The notes beneath the pieces are model-generated. The model ran no database searches. It had not been told where the DNA came from and saw only the letters and a program-made list of their open reading frames with translations. Both the position numbers and the translations under genes were made by a program. A stretch of 64,000 nucleotides of DNA from a virus: positions 1 to 64,000 of the IMG/VR virus record IMGVR_UViG_3300033056_000001. One strand, given 5' to 3'. Positions 50,995 through 58,988 of this stretch are shown piece after piece; the stretch's first letter is position 1, and every line of letters starts with the position of its first letter.

Positions 50995-51780
50995 TTAAAA
51001 TTCGTATTGCTCATTTCCGTTTGCAAAATCGGAATCGTTTCCGCCATTGTCGGCGTCAGTGTCAAGGCTCAGCCCGATTAAGTTTAAATCGAAGCCAGCC
51101 GCGACTAAGTTTTCTTTCTGCGTCTTCTCGTCGGCCTCAAACAGCAAGCCTTCGAATAGTTTCGAATTAAACGACTGACCGACTGCTTTCTCGAAGTTCG
51201 CACGCTCTTTGTCCGTTAAGTCATCGTCCATGTCAATAATCGGCATAAGCGTAACTTTCGTATCCTGGCGAGCGCCCTGCTTCGATAACTCGAACGCCAT
51301 CTTGTCGAGTTTCTTTCCGTATTTATTAATAATTGCGTAAAGCTCTTTCGCCTGCACTTTCGTAAAGTCAACTACGATGTCGGCTCCGTCAGTTAAGTCG
51401 TGGAATCCGATAGCGTAGCGCTCTTTGCCCGCATACTTATACGCTTCCTGGCGAATCGCCTTCACTTCGTCCTCGCTGGCGCCATTGTCCGCAGTTGCTT
51501 TCGCTTTATCGTAGTAGTGTTGGCTCGCTTTGTCCCACGGAGTAGGATTCGATTCTACGTAGCCGCGATCGTTTCGCGTTGACGGATTCTTGGCGACGAA
51601 AGTGTTAACCTTCTTAAATACGCCGTAGCCGAAATACTGCATGATATCTTCGACGCCTTGTACTTTAACTTTCAGCGTTGTGCCCGACTTAAACTTCGCA
51701 AACTCTGACGAAGCTGCTGCTCCCGCTGATTCTTGGTTTAATGCGCCTAGTGCCGCTGCACCCGTTTTAAATTGACTCAT
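50995..51780 (-). CDS. Putative ssDNA-binding protein (gp2.5-like; acidic C-terminal tail ending in Phe)
   Basis: 261 aa, next to the replication genes. C-terminus DTDADNGGNDSDFANGNEQYEF. No canonical OB-SSB motif recognised. Confidence 0.4.
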   Translation of the reverse strand: MSQFKTGAAALGALNQESAGAAASSEFAKFKSGTTLKVKVQGVEDIMQYFGYGVFKKVNTFVAKNPSTRNDRGYVESNPTPWDKASQHYYDKAKATADNGASEDEVKAIRQEAYKYAGKERYAIGFHDLTDGADIVVDFTKVQAKELYAIINKYGKKLDKMAFELSKQGARQDTKVTLMPIIDMDDDLTDKERANFEKAVGQSFNSKLFEGLLFEADEKTQKENLVAAGFDLNLIGLSLDTDADNGGNDSDFANGNEQYEF

Positions 51781-51947
51781 TCAATCCGCTCCCTTTTTCG
51801 TTTTGATTTTTTGAGCGCGGGTAATCCCGAACCCAATCGCAAAGCGCAGATATCTACTATGAAAACTCTGCCAGCGCGAAGCAGTAGCCGAGCGACACCT
51901 AATTACCTAATCATAGTCTCTACACTCTCCGATTGAGCACGGAGTTA

Positions 51948-52724
51948 TTACTCCGTATTCTCAAAGCAACCGTCGTAGTATTTTTTATAATCATCGACTG
52001 TCATTTTGTTGACCTCAGCCAAATACTCTATAGTAGCGTCAAATCTTTCTTGATCTAAGTTATAGATGAGTTTATTAGACTGAAACCACTCGAAGATGTT
52101 TTTATCTTGTTTGCTTGCGTTTAAATTAGCATTTAAAGGAAGGATGTTTTCAAGAACCGTGCCTCTATGTCCAGTAGCGATGGGGATAACGTGATCTATC
52201 TGTACATCTTCTCGTTTTCCTGAAAGTGCACAAGAGTTATCGAACTTAGCTAATACTTCCTTCCACTGGATATCTGTTAGATTGTTTGGTAATTTTTTAA
52301 CGCGGGCCCTCCGGTTACTATCTTTGGTTCTGATTTTCTCTGGATTCCTGTGACGCCATTCTTGGTGAACTTTTCTATAATGCTCCGGATTCGCTCTTCT
52401 AGCTTGGCGTTTTTGCTCAATGCGCCTTTCGTGGTTAGCTTTATACCAAGCGTCCAATCGATCTGCGTTATCCTCCCTCCACTTTTTTCGATACTCTTTC
52501 ACTTTATCTGTATATCTATAAACGTGAGAGCAGGAGGAACATTCTCCCCTGGTACTAGCGAAAGCTTTTTTGTCTGCCCAAAAATCGTTTATATACGTGA
52601 CTTTATCGCATTTTCTACATACTTTAGCTACTATTTCACCTGAACTATTTTCGTAATAAATAGTTCCTTTTCGATTTTTCTTCTCGATGCAACCTTGCGC
52701 AAGTAATTCTTCACGCAAACCCAT
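51948..52724 (-). CDS. HNH homing endonuclease (paralog of 58988..59686)
   Basis: N-terminal zinc-ribbon Cys pairs, a basic middle, then IDHVIPIATGHRGTVLENILPLNANLNASKQDKN. AT-rich. Confidence 0.8.
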   Translation of the reverse strand: MGLREELLAQGCIEKKNRKGTIYYENSSGEIVAKVCRKCDKVTYINDFWADKKAFASTRGECSSCSHVYRYTDKVKEYRKKWREDNADRLDAWYKANHERRIEQKRQARRANPEHYRKVHQEWRHRNPEKIRTKDSNRRARVKKLPNNLTDIQWKEVLAKFDNSCALSGKREDVQIDHVIPIATGHRGTVLENILPLNANLNASKQDKNIFEWFQSNKLIYNLDQERFDATIEYLAEVNKMTVDDYKKYYDGCFENTE

Positions 52725-52820
52725 TCGCTATCACCTCCGCTTGACTTTCATTCGCCGATTTGTTACGTTATAAACCTAGTTGTAAGTTTTTGCTGGGCGT
52801 ATAGTTCTCCGCTATACGCC

Positions 52821-52910
52821 TTAATTGCGTTTTAAATCGAGGTACGTTACGACGAACATTCCAACGATAAACGCGATTGCCGGAGCTGCTTCGAATATCA
52901 TTTCGTGCAT
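52821..52910 (-). CDS. Small membrane peptide (29 aa), not in ORF track
   Basis: GAGGAGG RBS. MHEMIFEAAPAIAFIVGMFVVTYLDLKRN. Confidence 0.3.
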   Translation of the reverse strand: MHEMIFEAAPAIAFIVGMFVVTYLDLKRN

Positions 52911-52933
52911 ACTTCGTCCTCCTCTTGCGCTTG

Positions 52934-53437
52934 TTACTCCGCTAAGTAAGCGTGAGCGTTTTGCTTCAACGAATTAAAATCGAATTGTTTGTTTCGGCGT
53001 TCTTCATTTAACGACTGTAATTCGCTGTTTACCGCATCCAGTTTCGTTTGAATTGACGAGATGACTTTCGGAGACTTAGCTCGCAAACTATTTAACGTTA
53101 ATTGCGCTTGTTCGATTGACAGCTGCGCAATTCTTACGGCGAATTCTTTATCTAACTTCTTATGAATACGCTCGGCTTTTGCGATTTCTTTTTGAATCGC
53201 CTTTACTACCTGGCTATTAAACGTAATGTCTTTCGTTTCGATGATCGTAATAACATAGTTACCGTTGACAACAATGCGCTTATCTTTATGAAGGTAATTT
53301 TCGTTACCTTTATCGATTCCAACGAACTTAGCCGCCTGCATGATTTGATTAATCCAGTTTTCCGCCTGCTCCGGTTTAACTCCGAATCTACTTACCGCAC
53401 GTTCGATTGCATGTCGGCGTGGAATATACTTCTTCAT
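52934..53437 (-). CDS. Hypothetical coiled-coil protein
   Basis: 167 aa ORF. Confidence 0.5.
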   Translation of the reverse strand: MKKYIPRRHAIERAVSRFGVKPEQAENWINQIMQAAKFVGIDKGNENYLHKDKRIVVNGNYVITIIETKDITFNSQVVKAIQKEIAKAERIHKKLDKEFAVRIAQLSIEQAQLTLNSLRAKSPKVISSIQTKLDAVNSELQSLNEERRNKQFDFNSLKQNAHAYLAE

Positions 53438-53556
53438 CCGAGTTTCACCGCCTTGATTGTACCTAATTTAATGTAATCCGCTGGATCTTCGTAGGGCTTT
53501 AGTCCACCGTTATATATTTTTTCCACATCTTTCGACAAATTTTTCGGGTTTTTCAT
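53434..53556 (-). CDS. Hypothetical protein (40 aa), not in ORF track
   Basis: GAGGT RBS. MKNPKNLSKDVEKIYNGGLKPYEDPADYIKLGTIKAVKLG. ATGA overlap with the next gene. Confidence 0.4.
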   Translation of the reverse strand: MKNPKNLSKDVEKIYNGGLKPYEDPADYIKLGTIKAVKLG

Positions 53557-53710
53557 CTCAATTTACCTCATTTCCATTGTTTATTTACGAAATATCATAT
53601 AAAATAGCGTTAGAAGTCATAAAAAAGAGGTTTCATTTCTTTTCGAATGACGTATAATAATAATAAGAATACACGTCGGGCCTCACGCCTGAAGTTCCGA
53701 CGTATCGAAA

Positions 53711-54322
53711 TTAAAGCGCAACCAAGTAGTCGGTATGATTGCCGAATTGCTTTGAATCGAATTTGCCTGCCAGCTTTTCGAGTTTGCGTGTAACAGTGTA
53801 ATGATGCATTCCTAAACTTTTCGCGATTGCCAACGCTGAAGATTTAGGTTGTGTCCGGTAAGCTTCAACGATTGCCGTCGTTGTTGCATCCGAATCTTTC
53901 GTAAGGAAGTCGATCAGTTGCCTCTGGTCGGCTTCTTTTATTTCCGTAACTTCTTCCGCCAAGTTGAAGTCGTCTGCGATTTCGAAAGTTGCCGCTTCCG
54001 AATCATCTTCGTTTTGTTGCCACGTTGTTTCTCTTTCGCTTAGTTTCTTTTTCTTACGATAAACATCCGTTCTTGCTCTCGCTACACTGGAAAGGTAAAA
54101 TTTGATGAAGTCCGTTGAGCCGTCGTATTTGCCGATACAACGTAGTAACGTGTCTTCGTAGATTGCGTGAACTTCGTGCTTATCTGCTCGAATCGATTTG
54201 CCGATCTTTTCGAACGCTCTAGCACCTTTCGCAATTACCTCCGCGTAGATTTCGTTGAATACTTCGTCTGAACCAGAAGTTTGATACGCGATTACTAAGC
54301 TATTTAATTTTTTCATTTCCAT
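53711..54322 (-). CDS. Sigma-70-family (ECF/phage-type) sigma factor
   Basis: Region-2-like FNEIYAEV...DFIKFYLSSVARARTDVYRKKKK and region-4 HTH SSALAIAKSLGMHHYTVTRKLEKL. AGGAGGAA RBS. First gene after the aimP-like terminator. Confidence 0.7.
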   Translation of the reverse strand: MEMKKLNSLVIAYQTSGSDEVFNEIYAEVIAKGARAFEKIGKSIRADKHEVHAIYEDTLLRCIGKYDGSTDFIKFYLSSVARARTDVYRKKKKLSERETTWQQNEDDSEAATFEIADDFNLAEEVTEIKEADQRQLIDFLTKDSDATTTAIVEAYRTQPKSSALAIAKSLGMHHYTVTRKLEKLAGKFDSKQFGNHTDYLVAL

Positions 54323-54532
54323 TATTTATTTCCTCCTATCGTTGGTTACAACTGATATTACGAACGTTGTTTTTAGTTCGCACACATTTTCGAAAAACTT
54401 TTTAACTTTCTTTTTTTTTCGAAGTTAGTACGTTCTCGTCCGTACTTGTATTTATATAATACATGCTAATTGAGGATTTTTATGGAAAAGGGCGTGGATT
54501 TTACTTGGTCATTTTAAGTCCTTTTTACACAC

Positions 54533-54560
54533 AAAAAAAAGAGCGCCCAACTAGGCGCTT
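54533..54560 (-). terminator. Strong intrinsic terminator 22 nt after the AimP-like ORF
   Basis: Minus strand reads AAGCGCC-tagttg-GGCGCTC followed by TTTTTTTT. Confidence 0.75.
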
Positions 54561-54581
54561 CAAAAACGTTTATTCCTGGAA

Positions 54582-54683
54582 TCAGCCTCCGCGTGGTACA
54601 TGAGCAGAAGCATCACCGCCGAACAGGATAAGGGCTCCTACAATGATCACCGCAGCAACTACAAATGGTAAATACTTTTTCAT
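54582..54683 (-). CDS. aimP: AimP-like secreted signalling pre-pro-peptide (33 aa), not in ORF track
   Basis: MKKYLPFVVAAVIIVGALILFGGDASAHVPRGG. Basic N-terminus, hydrophobic signal segment, C-terminal ...HVPRGG. The GAGGAGG RBS overlaps the stop of the AimR-like gene. Confidence 0.7.
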   Translation of the reverse strand: MKKYLPFVVAAVIIVGALILFGGDASAHVPRGG

Positions 54684-54697
54684 AAGAAATTTCCTCC

Positions 54698-55885
54698 TCA
54701 TTTAGCGAATTGCCCGTATACCGCCTCTGCCACAGATTTTAGAGTTTCGGATTTTCTTAGCTGTTCTAACGGTAGTTGCGCAAAGAATAAATCACCGACT
54801 TTCAAGAATTGGCTTAACGATTTAAACAGCATATCACTGTCGTTAGTGGCTAACCCTTTGTAATAGAAGTAGTACATCGCTTCTTCCGCTTCACTAACTT
54901 CCTTTTCGATAATCTCTAGGGCTTTACCTTTATCGCCCCATTTTGCCTCATAATGCGCAATTACTACCGGTACGCCTTCCGTAACCTTTACTCCATGGTG
55001 CGCGTCTAAAAACGGGAGGAACCATCGTTCTAACTCGTCAGCAAAACCTTCGTAATTAGCTTCGCGGTAAACATCGATCGCCTGCTTCGTATTTAGCACG
55101 CTCAGCTCGTAGCTTTCGAATGTAAACGACGTTCCTAATAGATAATACGAATTCGCTTTAAATATCGCACAAATATCCTGTGAAATATTTTTTGTTGCGT
55201 GCTCTCTTGCCTTTTCTACGTCTGCCAATACGTATAAAAAGCGTTTCCCTAATAGATCATTGAGCCTTACCTCAAAAGACATTCTGAAAAAGCAATCTTT
55301 CAAATTATACACGTCTTGTTCAATTTCATCACATATCCTAGACATAGTATGTAGATAAGCTGCTGATGTTGAAAGTATTCTATAACATACGTTAGCCTCT
55401 ACTAAGTTTAATAATAGTTTCATCTCACTGTCGTTTGTAGACACTTTTCTGACTTTATCTAACATTTCTTTATTTTTTATTTCTCCAGCTTCGTAGCTGG
55501 ATATCATTCCGTAAAGAGCACCCCAACGTTTTAAATTTTTATTTGTTGAAGTATCAACCTTTACTTTAATATAGTCATTTAAGACATCTAAATTTTTGTT
55601 TAGAGATAAGTACTCCATCGCAGCTTTTATATTTTCAGGTAACTCTAATTTGTATGCCCAATCTATAAGTTGAACATCGTCCTTAAATAAACTTCTTGAT
55701 ATTTTATAGAGTTTACAAAAACCAGGCTCCACTCCTTCATATAGGTATCTTCTCATAGTTCTAACATCTACTTCTGCAATTCTAGCCAAATCCTTAACCG
55801 GTATATTTTCTTCCAAACAATCCAACATTGTTTCAAGTGCGTTCCCGATCAATCGCAACACCCTTTCGAAAGTGCCTGCCAGCAT
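54698..55885 (-). CDS. aimR: AimR-like arbitrium receptor / transcription regulator (N-terminal HTH plus TPR-like helical repeats, RRNPP-type)
   Basis: 395 aa. HTH IPVKDLARIAEVDVRTMRRYL. All-helical body. The C-terminus YYFYYKGL...FLKVGDLFFAQLPLEQLRK resembles SPbeta AimR (from memory). The true start may be an internal TTG near 55852, preceded by GAAAGGG. Confidence 0.8.
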   Translation of the reverse strand: MLAGTFERVLRLIGNALETMLDCLEENIPVKDLARIAEVDVRTMRRYLYEGVEPGFCKLYKISRSLFKDDVQLIDWAYKLELPENIKAAMEYLSLNKNLDVLNDYIKVKVDTSTNKNLKRWGALYGMISSYEAGEIKNKEMLDKVRKVSTNDSEMKLLLNLVEANVCYRILSTSAAYLHTMSRICDEIEQDVYNLKDCFFRMSFEVRLNDLLGKRFLYVLADVEKAREHATKNISQDICAIFKANSYYLLGTSFTFESYELSVLNTKQAIDVYREANYEGFADELERWFLPFLDAHHGVKVTEGVPVVIAHYEAKWGDKGKALEIIEKEVSEAEEAMYYFYYKGLATNDSDMLFKSLSQFLKVGDLFFAQLPLEQLRKSETLKSVAEAVYGQFAK

Positions 55886-55895
55886 TATATTTTTA

Positions 55896-55924
55896 TTGAC
55901 TATGTAAATCTAAGATGTTATGTT
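55896..55924 (+). promoter_or_regulatory. Putative promoter for the plus-strand HTH gene pair
   Basis: TTGACT, 17 nt spacer, TATGTT. Back-to-back with the aimR promoter. Confidence 0.45.
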
Positions 55925-55925
55925 T

Positions 55926-55953
55926 ATTATACACAAAATGTCTGACGAAGCAA
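55926..55953 (-). promoter_or_regulatory. Putative aimR promoter
   Basis: Minus strand reads TTGCTT, 16 nt spacer, TATAAT. Confidence 0.4.
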
Positions 55954-55986
55954 ACATTTTTTTGGATAAAAAAGGAGATAATTATT

Positions 55987-56193
55987 ATGATAAGTTATGA
56001 GCCATTTAAAGAAACACTCAAAGAGAAGAACATAAAAATAAGCCACCTTCGTACTGATAAAGGAGGATTTCTTACTACTGATGTTATTAGACGTATTAAT
56101 AAGGGAATGAACATTGATATCGTTAATATTGAGAAGATTTGTAGAGAGTTAGATGTACCAATAGAAAAAGTTATAAAATTCGTTAAAGAATAA
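55987..56193 (+). CDS. XRE-family HTH regulator (68 aa)
   Basis: Start at MISYEPFK (AAAGGAG RBS). HTH IKISHLRTDKGGFLTTDVIRRINKG. AT-rich. Confidence 0.65.
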   Translation: MISYEPFKETLKEKNIKISHLRTDKGGFLTTDVIRRINKGMNIDIVNIEKICRELDVPIEKVIKFVKE

Positions 56194-56251
56194 TTGGACA
56201 CATTTTCCTGTTTTGTTGTATAGTTAGTCTGTCACCTTTGGATGGAGGTGT

Positions 56252-56476
56252 TTGATGTACGAGGTAGGAAAGTGCAGACTCAAGATACTTCTGAAAGAAC
56301 GTAGGATCACGCAAAACGAATTCGCTAGTATGATGGGTATGTCGAAGCAGCAAATCAACGATTACATAACGGGCCACACAGCCACAATGTCGTTAAAAAC
56401 TGCGAAAAACATCGCACATAAGCTCGACTGCTCCATTGATGATCTATACGAATGGACACGTTCAAAGACGAAGTAA
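56252..56476 (+). CDS. XRE/Cro-CI-family HTH regulator (74 aa)
   Basis: ITQNEFASMMGMSKQQINDYITG is a classic HTH_3. GGAGGTG RBS. Confidence 0.75.
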   Translation: MMYEVGKCRLKILLKERRITQNEFASMMGMSKQQINDYITGHTATMSLKTAKNIAHKLDCSIDDLYEWTRSKTK

Positions 56477-56512
56477 AAGGCGATTCCCACAATCGCCCCT
56501 GCACTTCCGCCT
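56477..56512 (-). terminator. Intrinsic terminator ending the early/replication operon (after primase)
   Basis: Minus strand reads GGGCGATT-gtggg-AATCGCC followed by TTTTACTT. Confidence 0.55.
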
Positions 56513-56541
56513 CATGGTACGCCCAAGAACGTACTCACTCG

Positions 56542-57519
56542 CTAAAAAATACGCAAAGCCCTCACCGCTTTAGCCCCTAGAATTATTTCACGTAAACACT
56601 CCGGTCCTTCTTTCGTTAAAACTTCATTCGCATCTTTACACGTATCAATGTTTGCGACTGCCAGTTCGCAATGCCCACGCATTTTCTCAACGACTTGATC
56701 CCGCAGTTTGCCTCCCGCTTTATCATTATCGCCCAACACGATCAACCGACGAATCGGCGACCGAATGAGTAAATCGCGTTGATAGTCCGTAAAGTTTGCT
56801 CCGCCTAACGCAAGTCCAAGCAGTTTCGCGCCGCTGCTCATCGCCGACATTGCATCGATTTCAGCCTCGGTCACAACCGCCGTAGTCGCTCGCAAGCGAT
56901 AGACGTTATTCAATCCGTATATTAGATTTCGAATCGGTACGGCGCCTTTCTCGTAGTAAAACACCTTGCCGAGTGTCTTACGATACTTCACGTTGGCCAG
57001 TTTTCCGTTCGTTGAGTACCATGGTATCACGACCGTTCTATTAGACGAATCGTAACCGGTGGTCATAAATCGCTGCACCTTTTCCGTTATGCCCCTTCGC
57101 GTTAGATAGTCCGATTCATTTGACGCTGAGTATCTCGACATAAAGGTATCCGGCAGGTACATTTTCGGCTGCGGAAGTGTTAGCTTCGGTAGCACCAACG
57201 CCAACTCGCAATCGGTTGCCTTGCCGTATTTATAAACGAGAAATTCTTCGGCCTCCTCGTAAGTCTCATTGCGAAGAAATGCCAGTAACTTCGCGAAATT
57301 GCCCGAAGACCACTCGGAGTCGTATGCGCCGCTGTCGCCAAAACAGCCGGCGTACTCACCGGTCAAATTTACGAAGAACGAAGGGTTGCCGTCATCTCTA
57401 AAAGGTGAAGCTGCGATTAGTTTGTCGCTGGTCCAACGTGGTCGCGTCCAATTGAAATTTTCAAGCTCGGTTTGTATGTCGATTTCCATCGGCTGACTAC
57501 GTATCTTGATTATACTCAT
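56542..57519 (-). CDS. DNA primase (TOPRIM domain)
   Basis: TOPRIM motifs VVTEAEIDAMS and VLGDNDKAGG. N-terminal degenerate zinc-finger-like SPFRDDGNPSF. AGGGGTGG RBS. Confidence 0.8.
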   Translation of the reverse strand: MSIIKIRSQPMEIDIQTELENFNWTRPRWTSDKLIAASPFRDDGNPSFFVNLTGEYAGCFGDSGAYDSEWSSGNFAKLLAFLRNETYEEAEEFLVYKYGKATDCELALVLPKLTLPQPKMYLPDTFMSRYSASNESDYLTRRGITEKVQRFMTTGYDSSNRTVVIPWYSTNGKLANVKYRKTLGKVFYYEKGAVPIRNLIYGLNNVYRLRATTAVVTEAEIDAMSAMSSGAKLLGLALGGANFTDYQRDLLIRSPIRRLIVLGDNDKAGGKLRDQVVEKMRGHCELAVANIDTCKDANEVLTKEGPECLREIILGAKAVRALRIF

Positions 57520-57644
57520 TTTTCCACCCCTTGTCTTCTAATCTGTCAAACTTTTCGGAATAGTTTTCCGTCATTTCGTGCGTGATTAAGAACATATTGG
57601 CGGAATTGTTACACCGTTGTAAATATTGTGACGATTAGTTGGCA

Positions 57645-58988
57645 TCAAAAATCAAACTGTGAAGCCGCCGCCTGTCCGGTTTCCAGCTCGCGAACCAATC
57701 CGTAGTTAGGCATGTATAATACTTCGACCTGGGCGCCTTCGCTTGAACTATTACGAGACTTGCCGATCTCGATAAGCCCTTGCCCGTCTAACGTATCAAT
57801 ACCGAATGTGTTCGCTGCATCTTCGAGTACTGCTTTCGTTTTCTTAATTTCCGCACGCTTTGGCGCTCTTAACTCACGATTACCTTCTTCGTCAGTGTCG
57901 TCGCGCACCTCTTCCGCCTGCGTGATAACGTGAATCACCGTACCCGTAAGACCTGCCATTCTACGAATCTTCTTACTCGTATTCGCCACGTCACCGCCAG
58001 CCACTCGCGCTGTGTTAGCTTCGAAGTCCATTAAATAAATTGGATCGACGACTACAACGTCTGCTTTCGTTTGGTGTATATCGGATTCCAGCTGCGCCAC
58101 ATCGCGCTTGTGAAAGTCTACGTCATCGGCTGCACGTAAAATAATCTCACCTTTTAGCGATTCATTCAACGATAATAAGAACACTTCGAAGCCACTTTCG
58201 AACTCTTCCGACAATTTACCAGTGAGCAATGCGCGGTTCTCAAAACCCACGTCGTAGTTGACTCCTTCGATGTTTGCATCGATGATTCCCTGGCGTGCGG
58301 ATAGCGAAGAATACGCTCGCGCCATCCATTCAAAACGGCTCATCTCCATCGCCCATACGAGAACTCTAGCGCCTTGTGTTGCAGCTTCTAACGCTTCCTC
58401 CATTGTGAATACGGATTTACCGCGACCGGATCGCCCGTACCAACTATACATATTTCCGCTGAGATAACCGCCGACTTCGTTGTTGATTGTGGCGAATTTA
58501 CTTTTCCAAATCTTGAATGATTCGCCTGACTTGCGGCGTTTGTATTCGTCTAAGAACGCTTGGGTATCGGTCTTTAAGCTTGTGCCTATGACGTCTAGAA
58601 CGTCTGTTCTCATCTTAACCCGATTTGCATGAGAAATCAAGAGGTCAGCTAATTTATTTCCATCACTTTCGTTGGTGAACGCATCTACAAATTCCTGCTC
58701 TATAAAGTCTTTTATTTCTATTTTGGCTTTATGTGATTTTACTTGTTTTACTAAAAACGTAAAACTATCCTCTACTTGTGGAACATATTCAAATTCATTA
58801 CATTCTGAAACTACTGTCGCGTAAGAAGGTGTTTGGTTCTTATTATTGGCCGCGTATTTTTGAATGAAATCAAATGTTTCTTTTTCTCCTTTTGTGGAGA
58901 AGTGTGAAATATCGATAGCGTACTTGTTAAATACACTCACATCATTACCGTCTATAACTTTTGATAGCAACATATTCCCATAATTCAT
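57645..58988 (-). CDS. DnaB-like replicative helicase
   Basis: RecA-like core: Walker A GRSGRGKSVF, Walker B VVVVDPIYLM. DnaB-type N-terminal domain. 447 aa. Confidence 0.85.
   Translation of the reverse strand: MNYGNMLLSKVIDGNDVSVFNKYAIDISHFSTKGEKETFDFIQKYAANNKNQTPSYATVVSECNEFEYVPQVEDSFTFLVKQVKSHKAKIEIKDFIEQEFVDAFTNESDGNKLADLLISHANRVKMRTDVLDVIGTSLKTDTQAFLDEYKRRKSGESFKIWKSKFATINNEVGGYLSGNMYSWYGRSGRGKSVFTMEEALEAATQGARVLVWAMEMSRFEWMARAYSSLSARQGIIDANIEGVNYDVGFENRALLTGKLSEEFESGFEVFLLSLNESLKGEIILRAADDVDFHKRDVAQLESDIHQTKADVVVVDPIYLMDFEANTARVAGGDVANTSKKIRRMAGLTGTVIHVITQAEEVRDDTDEEGNRELRAPKRAEIKKTKAVLEDAANTFGIDTLDGQGLIEIGKSRNSSSEGAQVEVLYMPNYGLVRELETGQAAASQFDF

Noticed and set aside
51781-51947. Possible tRNA, suggested by the minus-strand string GGGTTCGGGATTACCC
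   Set aside because: The T-arm would have only a 4-bp stem and an 8-nt loop. No acceptor, D or anticodon arms could be drawn. It is treated as noncoding 3' flank of the HNH gene with a small hairpin (CTCCG..CGGAG).
54430-54575. Plus-strand TATAAT (54455..54460) and 10-codon ORF MEKGVDFTWSF, considered as an antisense sRNA or micro-ORF opposite the aimP leader
   Set aside because: The -35 is poor, and the terminator hairpin is followed by a U-tract only on the minus strand. It is too speculative to call as a feature, though it should be checked in strand-specific RNA data.
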